From Lysobacterales bacterium 15-68-25 (lineage in GTDB: Bacteria > Pseudomonadota > Gammaproteobacteria > Xanthomonadales > Rhodanobacteraceae): a DNA stretch of 24,000 bases. Where the stretch lies: the NCBI GenBank assembly GCA_002279065.1, contig NCKB01000005.1:280727-304726 (forward strand), read 5' to 3'. Below the pieces are notes generated by a model. The model was not told the origin of the DNA, made no database searches, and worked only from the letters and a program-made list of their open reading frames with translations. The translations under genes and the position numbers were made by a program. The first letter of the stretch is position 1. Each line of letters begins with the position of its first letter. Below are positions 1 through 7,684 of this stretch, piece by piece.

Positions 1-1
1 C

Positions 2-262
2 ACCGGTACCGCGCTCTCCGGCGTGGATGCCGCCGTGCTGCAGCGACAGATCCGTACGGCCATCGTGGCGTTCGAACCCCGGCTGATCGCGAGCACGCTG
101 CAGGTCACGGTCAACGCCGACACCGACCGCATGGACCGGCAGTCGCTGGTGTTCAACATCGAATCGGACATGTGGGCGCAGCCGATTCCGCTGAAGCTCT
201 ACCTGAAGACCGAGGTCGACCTGGAAACCGGCGCCTTCCACGTCTCGGAGGGCTTCGGCTGA
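2..262 (+). CDS. tssE: T6SS baseplate protein TssE (gp25/GPW-like), 3' part only; the gene starts upstream of the window
   Basis: The frame is open from base 2. The track M at 23 is a GTG inside the gene. The C-terminal peptide ...IRTAIVAFEPRLIASTLQV...FNIESDMWAQPIPLKLYLKTEVDLETG matches the TssE/gp25 pattern (FEPRL, then a short C-terminal beta region). It sits 7 nt upstream of tssF, the usual tssE-tssF-tssG order. Confidence 0.8.
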   Translation, partial: TGTALSGVDAAVLQRQIRTAIVAFEPRLIASTLQVTVNADTDRMDRQSLVFNIESDMWAQPIPLKLYLKTEVDLETGAFHVSEGFG

Positions 263-269
263 GCACGCC

Positions 270-2153
270 ATGGACCCTCGCCTGATCCGCTATTACAACC
301 GCGAACTGCAGCACGTCCGGGAGATGGGCGGCGAGTTCGCCCGCGAATATCCGAAGATCGCCGGGCGGCTCGGGCTGGAGGGCTTCGAGTGCGCCGACCC
401 CTACGTCGAGCGCCTGCTGGAAGGCTTTGCCTTCCTCGCCGCGCGCGTACAGCTCAAGCTCGACGCGCAGTATCCGGTGTTCACCCAGCACCTGCTGGAG
501 ATGGTGTACCCGCACTACCTGGCGCCGGTGCCGTCGATGGCGGTGGTGCAGTTGCAGCCGGACCTGAAGGAGTCGGCACTGGTGGGCGGCCACACCGTGC
601 CGCGGCATACCTCGCTGCGCAGCCAGACCGGCCGCGACGACCGCACCGCCTGCGAGTACCGCACCGCGCACGACGTCACGCTGTGGCCGCTGGAGCTGGC
701 CGAGGCGAAGTATTTCGAGACGCCGGCGGCGCTCGCCGCAGCCGGCATCCCGATTCCCGAGGGCAAGCCGGTACGCGCCGGCCTGCGCCTGAAGTTTCGC
801 GTCACCGCCGGTGCAACGGCCAATGCGCTGGCGCTGGACCGGCTGCCGGTGTTCATCGCCGGCGCGGACGAGCTGCCCAAGCGCCTGTACGAACAGGTGC
901 TCGGCAACGCGGTGGGCTACCTGGTGCGGGCGCCGGGCGCCAGCGGCATGGTCAGTGCCAGCTATCCGGCCGAGGCGATCCTGCCGCGCGGTTTCGCCGA
1001 CGAGGAAGCGCTGATTCCCTACACGGCGCGCTCGTTCAGCGGCTACCGCCTGCTGCAGGAGTACTTCGCTTGCCCGGAGCGGTTCCTGTTCGCCGAGTTC
1101 ACCGGCCTGCGCCAGGTGCTGGCGCGCTCGCAGGGCAGCGAGTTCGAGATCGACGTGCTGCTCGATCGCAGCGTGCCGCGCCTGCACAACGCGGTGGATG
1201 CGGGCAACTTCCGGCTGTTCTGCACGCCGGCGATCAACCTGTTCCAGCGTCGTGCCGACCGTATCCATCTGCAGGCGGGCAAGGCCGAATACCACGTGCT
1301 GGCCGACCGCACGCGGCCGATGGATTTCGAGATCCACTCGATCAGCGAGGTCGACGGCTACGGCGACCGGCAGGAGCCGGAGCTGCGCTTCCAGCCGTTC
1401 TACGGCTGCGACGAGCGCAGCTGGCACAGCGGCACCGCCGCGTTCTACACCGTGCGGCGCGAGCCGCGCCTGCTTTCCTCGCGCCAGCAACAGCAGGGGG
1501 CGCGATCGAGCTACATCGGGCACGAGCTGTTCATCTCGCTGGTCGATGCACGCGACGCGCCGTATTCGACCTCGCTGCGCCAGATCGGCATGCAGCTGCT
1601 GTGCACCAATCGCGATCTGCCGCTGCAGATGCCGGTGGGCAAGGGGGCGACCGACTTCACCATGGAGGCCGGCGCGCCGGTGCAGGCGATCCGCTGCGTG
1701 GCCGGGCCGACCAAGCCGCGGGCACCGACCGCGACCGGCGAGACCGCCTGGCGCCTGCTCAGCCACCTGCAGCTCAACTACACCTCGCTGCTGGGCGAGG
1801 GCGCCGACCAGGGCGCCACCGCGCTGCGCGAGATGCTCACGCTCTACTGCGACGAGTTCGACTCCGGTGCGCGCCGGTTGATCGAGGGCGTGAAGTCGGT
1901 GCACTCGGCGCCGATCGTGCGACGCATTCCGGTACCCGGACCGATCAGCTTCGGCCGCGGGCTGGAGGTCACGCTGACCTGCGACGACGGCGCTTTCGAG
2001 GGTACCGGCGCCTTCCTGCTCGGCTCGGTACTGCAGCACTTCTTTGCGCGCTACGTCTCGGTGAATTCGTTCACCGAGACCGTGCTGCGCACCCTGGAAC
2101 GCAACGAGGTCGCCCGATGGCCGGCACAGCTGGGCAAGCGCCAGACACTGTAG
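270..2153 (+). CDS. tssF: T6SS baseplate protein TssF (ImpG/VasA family), 627 aa
   Basis: The N-terminus MDPRLIRYYNRELQHVREMGGEFAREYPKIAGRLGL and the ~620 aa length are typical of TssF. It lies between tssE and tssG. Confidence 0.95.
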   Translation: MDPRLIRYYNRELQHVREMGGEFAREYPKIAGRLGLEGFECADPYVERLLEGFAFLAARVQLKLDAQYPVFTQHLLEMVYPHYLAPVPSMAVVQLQPDLKESALVGGHTVPRHTSLRSQTGRDDRTACEYRTAHDVTLWPLELAEAKYFETPAALAAAGIPIPEGKPVRAGLRLKFRVTAGATANALALDRLPVFIAGADELPKRLYEQVLGNAVGYLVRAPGASGMVSASYPAEAILPRGFADEEALIPYTARSFSGYRLLQEYFACPERFLFAEFTGLRQVLARSQGSEFEIDVLLDRSVPRLHNAVDAGNFRLFCTPAINLFQRRADRIHLQAGKAEYHVLADRTRPMDFEIHSISEVDGYGDRQEPELRFQPFYGCDERSWHSGTAAFYTVRREPRLLSSRQQQQGARSSYIGHELFISLVDARDAPYSTSLRQIGMQLLCTNRDLPLQMPVGKGATDFTMEAGAPVQAIRCVAGPTKPRAPTATGETAWRLLSHLQLNYTSLLGEGADQGATALREMLTLYCDEFDSGARRLIEGVKSVHSAPIVRRIPVPGPISFGRGLEVTLTCDDGAFEGTGAFLLGSVLQHFFARYVSVNSFTETVLRTLERNEVARWPAQLGKRQTL

Positions 2154-3139
2154 CGCTGCTCGCGGCGCTGCATGCCGAGCCGGAGCGCTTCGATTTCCAC
2201 GACGCGGTCCGGCGGATCGAGTGCGCGCATCCGGACAAGCCGCGGCTGGGCGAGTCGACCAAGCCGGCGGAAGATCCGGTGCGGTTGCGCCACACGCCCT
2301 CGCTGGCCTTCGCGCCACGCACCATCGACCGCTTCGAACCGGCGTCCGGCGAACAGCCGCATCGCCTGTACGGCTTGTTCTTGGGCCTGTTCGGCCCCAA
2401 TGCGCCGTTGCCGCTGCACCTGACCGAGTACGCGCTCGATCGCCAGATCAATGCGCGCGACCACACCTTCAGTGCGTTCGCCGACGTCTTCCATCACCGG
2501 ATGATGAGCTTGTTCTACCGGGCCTGGGCAGACGCGCAGCCGACCGTGCAGTACGACCGGCCCGGGCAGGACCGCTTCGGCACCTATGTCGGCGCACTGG
2601 TCGGCCTGGCCACGCCGCACGCCGGTGAGCGCGATGCGATGCCGGACCGCTTCAAGCGCTTCTTCGCCGGTCGCCTGCTGACCCAGGCGCGGAGCCCGGA
2701 AGGCTTGCGCGGGCTGCTCGAGGACTTCTTCCGGGTGCCGGTTCGGGTGCTCGAGTTCGTCGCCGAGTGGATGCGCCTGCCGGACGAGTCGCATCTGCGG
2801 TTGGGGCAGTCGCCGCAGGTGGCCGGGCTGGGGCGCACCGCCGTGCTGGGCAGCGCCGTGTGGGAGGCGCAGCAGCGCTTCCGCCTGCGCATCGGGCCGC
2901 TCGACGCGGCCCAGTTCCACCACTTCCTGCCGGGCGGCGAGGCACTCCAGCAACTCGTCGCCGCGGTGAAGACCTACGTCGGCGAGGAGAAGGCCTGGGA
3001 CGTGCAGCTCGTGCTCGAGCGCGAGGACGTGCCGGTCACCCGCCTGGGCCAATCCGGTCGCATGGGCCTGACCACGTGGCTGGGCCAGCGCAGGCAGATC
3101 ACCGACGCCGACGACGTCGTGCTGCGGCCGGCCGGGTGA
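2117..3139 (+). CDS. tssG: T6SS baseplate protein TssG (ImpH/VasB family), ~340 aa
   Basis: Only the last third of the 389..3139 track ORF looks real. From ATG 2117 the peptide reads MAGTAGQAPDTVALLAALHAEPERFDFHDAVRRIECAHPDKPRLGES..., the typical TssG N-terminus (FDFfxAVRxxE). It overlaps the tssF end by 37 nt. The upstream 576 codons of that ORF are Arg/Ala/Gly-rich out-of-frame tssF sequence. Confidence 0.9.
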   Translation: MAGTAGQAPDTVALLAALHAEPERFDFHDAVRRIECAHPDKPRLGESTKPAEDPVRLRHTPSLAFAPRTIDRFEPASGEQPHRLYGLFLGLFGPNAPLPLHLTEYALDRQINARDHTFSAFADVFHHRMMSLFYRAWADAQPTVQYDRPGQDRFGTYVGALVGLATPHAGERDAMPDRFKRFFAGRLLTQARSPEGLRGLLEDFFRVPVRVLEFVAEWMRLPDESHLRLGQSPQVAGLGRTAVLGSAVWEAQQRFRLRIGPLDAAQFHHFLPGGEALQQLVAAVKTYVGEEKAWDVQLVLEREDVPVTRLGQSGRMGLTTWLGQRRQITDADDVVLRPAG

Positions 3140-3235
3140 GGAATTGACCGTGCCGACGAACGATTTCGACTTCCGATTCCCGCACCGCGCCGACCGCGCG
3201 GCTGCCCACCGCTAACTTCGCAAGGACTCCACGCC

Positions 3236-5971
3236 ATGGCCGACATCAGCCGCAGCGCCCTCTTCGGCAAGCTCAACAAACTCGCCTACCGGGGCATCGA
3301 GAGCGCCACCGTCTTCTGCAAGCTGCGGGGCAACCCGTACATCGAGCTGGTGCACTGGATCCACCAGATCCTGCAGCTGCAGGATTCGGACCTGCACCAC
3401 ATCGTCAAGCAGTTCAACCTCGATCCGTCCAACCTGGTGCGCGACGTCACCGACGCGCTGGACCGCCTGCCGCGCGGCTCCACCAGCATCTCGGATATCT
3501 CCAGCAACGTGGAAGAGGCGGTCGAACGCGCCTGGGTGTTCGCCACGCTGATGTTCGGCGAGGCGCAGGTGCGTACCGGTTACCTGATCGTCGGCATCCT
3601 GCAGACGCGCAGCCTGCGCAACGTGCTGGTGGGTATCTCCAGGGAGTTCGAGAAGATCAAGCTGGAGACGTTGACCGACCGCTTCGAGGAGGTGGTCGCC
3701 GGTTCGCCGGAGAACAACCAAGCCGCCTCGGACAGCTTCAGGATGGGCGGCGCCGTGCCCGGCGAGGCCAGCGGCGCGATGGGGCCGGCGCAGATGGGCA
3801 AGCAGGAGGCGCTGCGCCAGTTCACCGTCGACCTCACCGAGCAGGCGCGCAGCGGCAAGCTCGATCCCATCGTCGGCCGCGACGACGAGATCCGCCAGGT
3901 GGTCGACATCCTGATGCGGCGCCGGCAGAACAACCCGATCCTGGTCGGCGAGGCCGGCGTGGGCAAGACCGCGGTGGTGGAAGGCTTCGCCCAGCGCATC
4001 GTGCGCGGCGACGTGCCGCCGTCGCTGAAAGAGGTGGAGCTGCGCGTGCTGGACGTGGGCCTGCTGCAGGCCGGCGCCAGCATGAAGGGTGAGTTCGAGC
4101 AGCGCCTGCGCTCGGTGATCGAGGAAGTGCAGGCCAGCCCGAAGCCGATCATCCTGTTCGTCGACGAGACCCACACCCTGGTCGGTGCCGGCGGCGCGGC
4201 CGGCACCGGCGACGCGGCCAACCTGCTCAAGCCGGCGCTGGCGCGCGGTACCCTGCGCACCATCGGCGCCACCACCTTCGCCGAGTACAAGAAGCACATC
4301 GAGAAGGACCCCGCGCTGACCCGCCGCTTCCAGACCGTGCAGGTCGACGAGCCGAGCGAGGAGAAGGGCATCCTGATGATGCGCGGCGTCGCCAGCGTGA
4401 TGGAGAAGCATCACCGCGTGCAGATCCTCGACGAGGCGCTGGAGGCGGCGGTGAAGCTGTCCCACCGCTACATCCCCGCGCGCCAGCTGCCGGACAAGGC
4501 GGTCAGCCTGCTCGACACCGCCTGCGCCCGCGTCGCGGTGAGCCAGCACGCGGTACCGCCGGAAGTGGACGACACCCGCAAGCGCATCGAGGCGCTGGAG
4601 ACCGAGCTGGCGATCATCCATCGCGAGAAGACCGTCGGTGTCGACGTGGCCGAGCGCGAGGCCTCGGTCAACCAGAAGCTGGCCGTCCAGCGCGAACGGC
4701 TGGAGAAGGTTGAGGCCGATTGGGCCGCCGAGAAGGTGCTGGTGGGGCAGATCCTCGCCATCCGCGCCAGGCTGCGCGGCGACAGCGCACCGGTCGAGGG
4801 GACCGGCAGCACGCTGGAAGCTTCCGCCGAAGCCACGGCGCTGGCCGAGGATCCCGCTACCGCCGTCGAGTTCGACGACGTGGCCCGCGCCGCGGCACTG
4901 GAAGAACTGAAGACCCTGCAGGCCCGGCTCGCCGAGCTGCAGGGCGAGAACCCGCTGATCCTGCCGACCGTGGACATGGTCGCCGTCGGTGCGGTGGTCT
5001 CGGACTGGACCGGCATCCCGGTCGGCCGCATGGTCAAGAGCGAACTCGAGACCGTGATGAACCTGGCCGGCCTGATGGGCAAGCGGGTGATCGGCCAGGA
5101 CCACGCGATGGAGATGATCGCCAAGCGCATCCAGACCTCGCGCGCCGGCCTGGACAACCCGAACAAGCCGATCGGCGTGTTCATGCTCGCCGGCACCTCC
5201 GGCGTGGGCAAGACCGAGACCGCGCTGGCACTGGCCGAGGCGCTGTACGGCGGCGAGCAGAACGTCATCACCATCAACATGAGCGAGTTCCAGGAGGCGC
5301 ACACCGTCTCCACACTCAAGGGCGCGCCTCCGGGCTACGTCGGCTACGGCGAGGGCGGCGTGCTGACCGAGGCGGTGCGGCGCAAGCCGTATTCGGTGGT
5401 GCTGCTGGACGAGGTGGAGAAGGCCCATCCGGACGTGCACGAGATCTTCTTCCAGGTGTTCGACAAGGGCGTCATGGAGGACGGCGAAGGCCGTCGCATC
5501 GACTTCAAGAACACCCTGATCCTGCTCACCACCAATGCCGGTACCGACATGATCGCCAGCATGTGCAGCGATCCGGAGCTGATGCCCGACCCGGAGGGCA
5601 TGGCCAAGGCGCTGCGCGATCCGCTGCTGAAGATCTTCCCGCCCGCGCTGCTGGGCCGCCTGGTGACCATCCCGTACTACCCGCTCAGCCCGACCATGCT
5701 CGGCGAGATCGTCAAGCTGCAGCTCAACCGCATCAAGAAGCGCATCGAAGGGCGCTACAGGATCCCGTTCGAGTACGGCGACGACGTGGTCAAGCTGGTG
5801 GTCGAGCGCTGCACCGAGAGCGAATCCGGTGGCCGCATGATCGACGCCATCCTCACCAACTCGATGCTGCCGGACATCAGCCGGGAGTTCCTCAACCGGA
5901 CGATCGAGGGCAAGCCGATCGAGAAGGCGAGTGTCGGCGTGAAGGACGGTGAGTTCAGTTACGCATTTTGA
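3236..5971 (+). CDS. clpV: T6SS AAA+ ATPase ClpV (TssH), 911 aa
   Basis: ClpV-type N-domain: LFGKLNKLAYRGIESATVFCKLRGNPYIELVHW. Two AAA+ modules are present. Walker A1 is GEAGVGKTA with Walker B1 ILFVDETH; Walker A2 is GTSGVGKTE with Walker B2 VVLLDEVEKAH. AAGGA at 3222-3226 lies 9 nt before the ATG. Confidence 0.97.
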   Translation: MADISRSALFGKLNKLAYRGIESATVFCKLRGNPYIELVHWIHQILQLQDSDLHHIVKQFNLDPSNLVRDVTDALDRLPRGSTSISDISSNVEEAVERAWVFATLMFGEAQVRTGYLIVGILQTRSLRNVLVGISREFEKIKLETLTDRFEEVVAGSPENNQAASDSFRMGGAVPGEASGAMGPAQMGKQEALRQFTVDLTEQARSGKLDPIVGRDDEIRQVVDILMRRRQNNPILVGEAGVGKTAVVEGFAQRIVRGDVPPSLKEVELRVLDVGLLQAGASMKGEFEQRLRSVIEEVQASPKPIILFVDETHTLVGAGGAAGTGDAANLLKPALARGTLRTIGATTFAEYKKHIEKDPALTRRFQTVQVDEPSEEKGILMMRGVASVMEKHHRVQILDEALEAAVKLSHRYIPARQLPDKAVSLLDTACARVAVSQHAVPPEVDDTRKRIEALETELAIIHREKTVGVDVAEREASVNQKLAVQRERLEKVEADWAAEKVLVGQILAIRARLRGDSAPVEGTGSTLEASAEATALAEDPATAVEFDDVARAAALEELKTLQARLAELQGENPLILPTVDMVAVGAVVSDWTGIPVGRMVKSELETVMNLAGLMGKRVIGQDHAMEMIAKRIQTSRAGLDNPNKPIGVFMLAGTSGVGKTETALALAEALYGGEQNVITINMSEFQEAHTVSTLKGAPPGYVGYGEGGVLTEAVRRKPYSVVLLDEVEKAHPDVHEIFFQVFDKGVMEDGEGRRIDFKNTLILLTTNAGTDMIASMCSDPELMPDPEGMAKALRDPLLKIFPPALLGRLVTIPYYPLSPTMLGEIVKLQLNRIKKRIEGRYRIPFEYGDDVVKLVVERCTESESGGRMIDAILTNSMLPDISREFLNRTIEGKPIEKASVGVKDGEFSYAF

Positions 5972-6069
5972 TCGTCGCGTGGCGCGGGAGTGATGCCGGC
6001 AGGGGCGGAAGGGCCGCCCGGGTTGCCTTGGTCCCGATCCGGGGCGTCGATGTCAGCGAGGATGGCGTG

Positions 6070-6663
6070 ATGTTTCAGCGTAGATTCGAGGGGTTCTCTC
6101 AGCAGCAGCAGAGCGTCATTGCGGCCGCGTGCGACGGAATGCAACAGCGTGCGGCCCGTTCGCTTGATCAGGGCGCTCCGATCGCCGCGTGGTTTGGGGC
6201 GGCGGACAGGAATCAGGTGTTTCTCAAGCTGCGCATGATGCAGAACGTGATTCAGGATGGTTCGCGGACCGTCACGTTCGTCAATCGCACCGGCAAGAAG
6301 ATCGGTGTGACGCATACGGACGTCTATACCAAGCATCTCAATCCGGTCGGCCAGGAGACCCCGCTGCAGGGGTCGGGGATCGTCGCCTACGCCTTTCCGG
6401 TCGATCGCCGCTACGGAGATCCCGGGCCGCATTCCACGGTGTCCCATGTCGGGAGCGGGATGCGCATCTACCTGAATGACGTGTTTTTCACGCTCGACCC
6501 GGTGCTTCAGGCGGCGACGATCTATCACGAGATGACGCACAAGGTTCTGGCCACGAACGATCACTGCTACGACCCGGTGGCCTGCCGGATGCTGGCGGCG
6601 AGGAATTCGGCGCAGGCACTCGATAACGCGGACAACTTCGCGCACTACATAGCCAATTGCTGA
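6070..6663 (+). CDS. Aspzincin / M35-like (peptidyl-Lys metalloendopeptidase-like) zinc metallopeptidase, ~197 aa, no signal peptide
   Basis: HEMTH (HExxH) is encoded at 6526-6540. Nine residues later comes ATNDHCYD (6550-6573), which fits the aspzincin third-ligand motif GTxDxxYG. The C-terminal NADNFAHYI resembles the NADsyaxf end of M35-like domains. I prefer ATG 6070 (MFQRRFEGFSQQQQSVIAAACDG...) over the track start at 5968. The latter overlaps the clpV stop and adds an Arg/Gly-rich 34-aa leader. Confidence 0.8.
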   Translation: MFQRRFEGFSQQQQSVIAAACDGMQQRAARSLDQGAPIAAWFGAADRNQVFLKLRMMQNVIQDGSRTVTFVNRTGKKIGVTHTDVYTKHLNPVGQETPLQGSGIVAYAFPVDRRYGDPGPHSTVSHVGSGMRIYLNDVFFTLDPVLQAATIYHEMTHKVLATNDHCYDPVACRMLAARNSAQALDNADNFAHYIANC

Positions 6664-6813
6664 GGCGAAGGCGTCTTGATGGCCCTCCTGTCCAGAGCAG
6701 GGGCGCCGATCGGAATTTGCCGTGGATGTCGGGGACATGCGTGCCGGAAGCTGCTCCGAAGAATCAGGCGGTCTCCAGAAATATGACTTTCCCGACCAAG
6801 CGGAGAATGCATC

Positions 6814-7563
6814 GTGTGTCAGTTCGGTACCAATGGGATCATTTCGAATCCAAACGCCCCGCGGCCGACCCAGGCCGCTTCCGGATTCGCGTGCTACGGA
6901 GCCTTGGCGCTCGCCCAGATCGACAGCACGTGCGGCTCGCTGCGAGAGAGGAATCAGCGGTACTACAACATCGGAAAGCCGACCGGAGCGGTGCCTGGCA
7001 TCGCGGTTCCGCTCGCTTGTCATCACGTCATTGGTTGGGACGTCATCTGGGGCTTCTGGAATGCTTTGATCGCCAGCGGCGACTTCAAGAAAGCGCGGGC
7101 TTATCTGGCGATCTGCGGCGTGGCGCAGACCGAGACGGCCAAGCTGGAAAAGCAGGTCAAGAGCAACTCGTTCCAGGCAGGCCCGAACTGGGACGCAAAG
7201 CTCTGCTGGAATCCGATCAATCTCGTTCGGGGGCCTGAAGATCGGTCGGATGATCCCAATGGACTGCCCACGCCTCGCGAGAAGATCGACTTCAAGCTGG
7301 CGCCGTCGGATGTCTACGGCGGTCGCGTGGCCAAACTGGTCGAGACCGGAAACGCGATGTGCGACTACATGGACGCGCCAAGGAACACGGCGAAGGCGGA
7401 AAAGGCGATTCAGTATCTCAGGACCATCCGGGCAGAGCCGATCATGGAATGGGACGAGTCGCTCTGGGTGGTGGACAAGACCCGGCCCGGTTATTCGAGC
7501 ACGGCTGCGCCCGGTGGCGGATTTCTCGTCGTGCGGCCTACCTGGAAGATCGTCAACAGCTGA
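6814..7563 (+). CDS. Hypothetical protein, 249 aa, Trp-rich, no recognisable domain
   Basis: GTG start at 6814 with GGAGA at 6802-6806. The frame shows G/C-preferring third positions but island-type codon usage. No signal peptide or TM segment is visible. The only two His residues are in ...PLACHHVIGWDVIWGFWN.... Confidence 0.7.
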   Translation: MCQFGTNGIISNPNAPRPTQAASGFACYGALALAQIDSTCGSLRERNQRYYNIGKPTGAVPGIAVPLACHHVIGWDVIWGFWNALIASGDFKKARAYLAICGVAQTETAKLEKQVKSNSFQAGPNWDAKLCWNPINLVRGPEDRSDDPNGLPTPREKIDFKLAPSDVYGGRVAKLVETGNAMCDYMDAPRNTAKAEKAIQYLRTIRAEPIMEWDESLWVVDKTRPGYSSTAAPGGGFLVVRPTWKIVNS

Positions 7564-7671
7564 AGAGTTCATCGTCAGCCGCGCCGGGGCGACAAGGCCA
7601 TCGGCGATCGCAGTGACCGGGGCCGCAGTGAAGGCGGCTTCGTTCGACAAGGGTGGTTGCGGGGTTCTTAC

Positions 7672-7677
7672 AGGAGG
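7672..7677 (+). promoter_or_regulatory. Shine-Dalgarno sequence AGGAGG, 7 nt upstream of ATG 7685
   Basis: The sequence reads cttacAGGAGGacgactgATG. This is the strongest SD match I saw in the window, and it fixes the start of the deaminase-fold gene well inside the 7250..8434 track ORF. Confidence 0.7.
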
Positions 7678-7684
7678 ACGACTG

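Noticed and set aside
389-2116. The N-terminal 576 codons of the 916-aa track ORF 389..3139. The upstream extensions of ORFs 11755/11789 (before vgrG), 7250 (before the deaminase), 8578 (before the 167-aa gene) and 14834 (before tagH) are the same kind of object.
   Set aside because: These are out-of-frame read-through of the preceding genes, giving Arg/Gly/Ala-rich junk. Recognisable family N-termini and ribosome-binding sites appear only at the internal starts I annotated.
153-2318. Very long antisense ORFs opposite the core genes: 153..2318, 3212..5440, 10908..12278, 12131..14233, 14939..16348, 17467..19734 and 19175..23608 (1477 aa).
   Set aside because: Their translations are Arg/Ala/Gly/Pro-rich with no motifs. 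They lie exactly opposite plus-strand genes that have unmistakable T6SS motifs. At about 70% GC, stop codons are rare in the antisense frames, so such shadow ORFs are expected.
6003-6019. Hairpin GGGCGG-aaggg-CCGCCC just after clpV, as a possible intrinsic terminator.
   Set aside because: The stem is only 6 bp and it is followed by GGTTGCCTTG rather than a T-run. Stems like this arise by chance in GC-rich DNA, so it is at most a weak attenuator.
5968-6069. The track start at 5968 for the metallopeptidase, overlapping the clpV stop codon.
   Set aside because: The extra 34 aa (MIVAWRGSDAGRGGRAARVALVPIRG...) look non-coding. The M35-like domain alignment begins right at the Met of ATG 6070. A small GC hairpin (see the 6003-6019 entry) lies inside the putative extension. 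This is not excluded experimentally.
7015-7060. The ACHHVIGW segment in the 249-aa orphan, read as an AHH/HNH-type nuclease motif.
   Set aside because: These are the only two His residues in the protein. No appropriately spaced downstream Asn/His completes a beta-beta-alpha-metal site, and the AHH families have A/G-H-H followed by [IL][IV]P. This is too weak to call.
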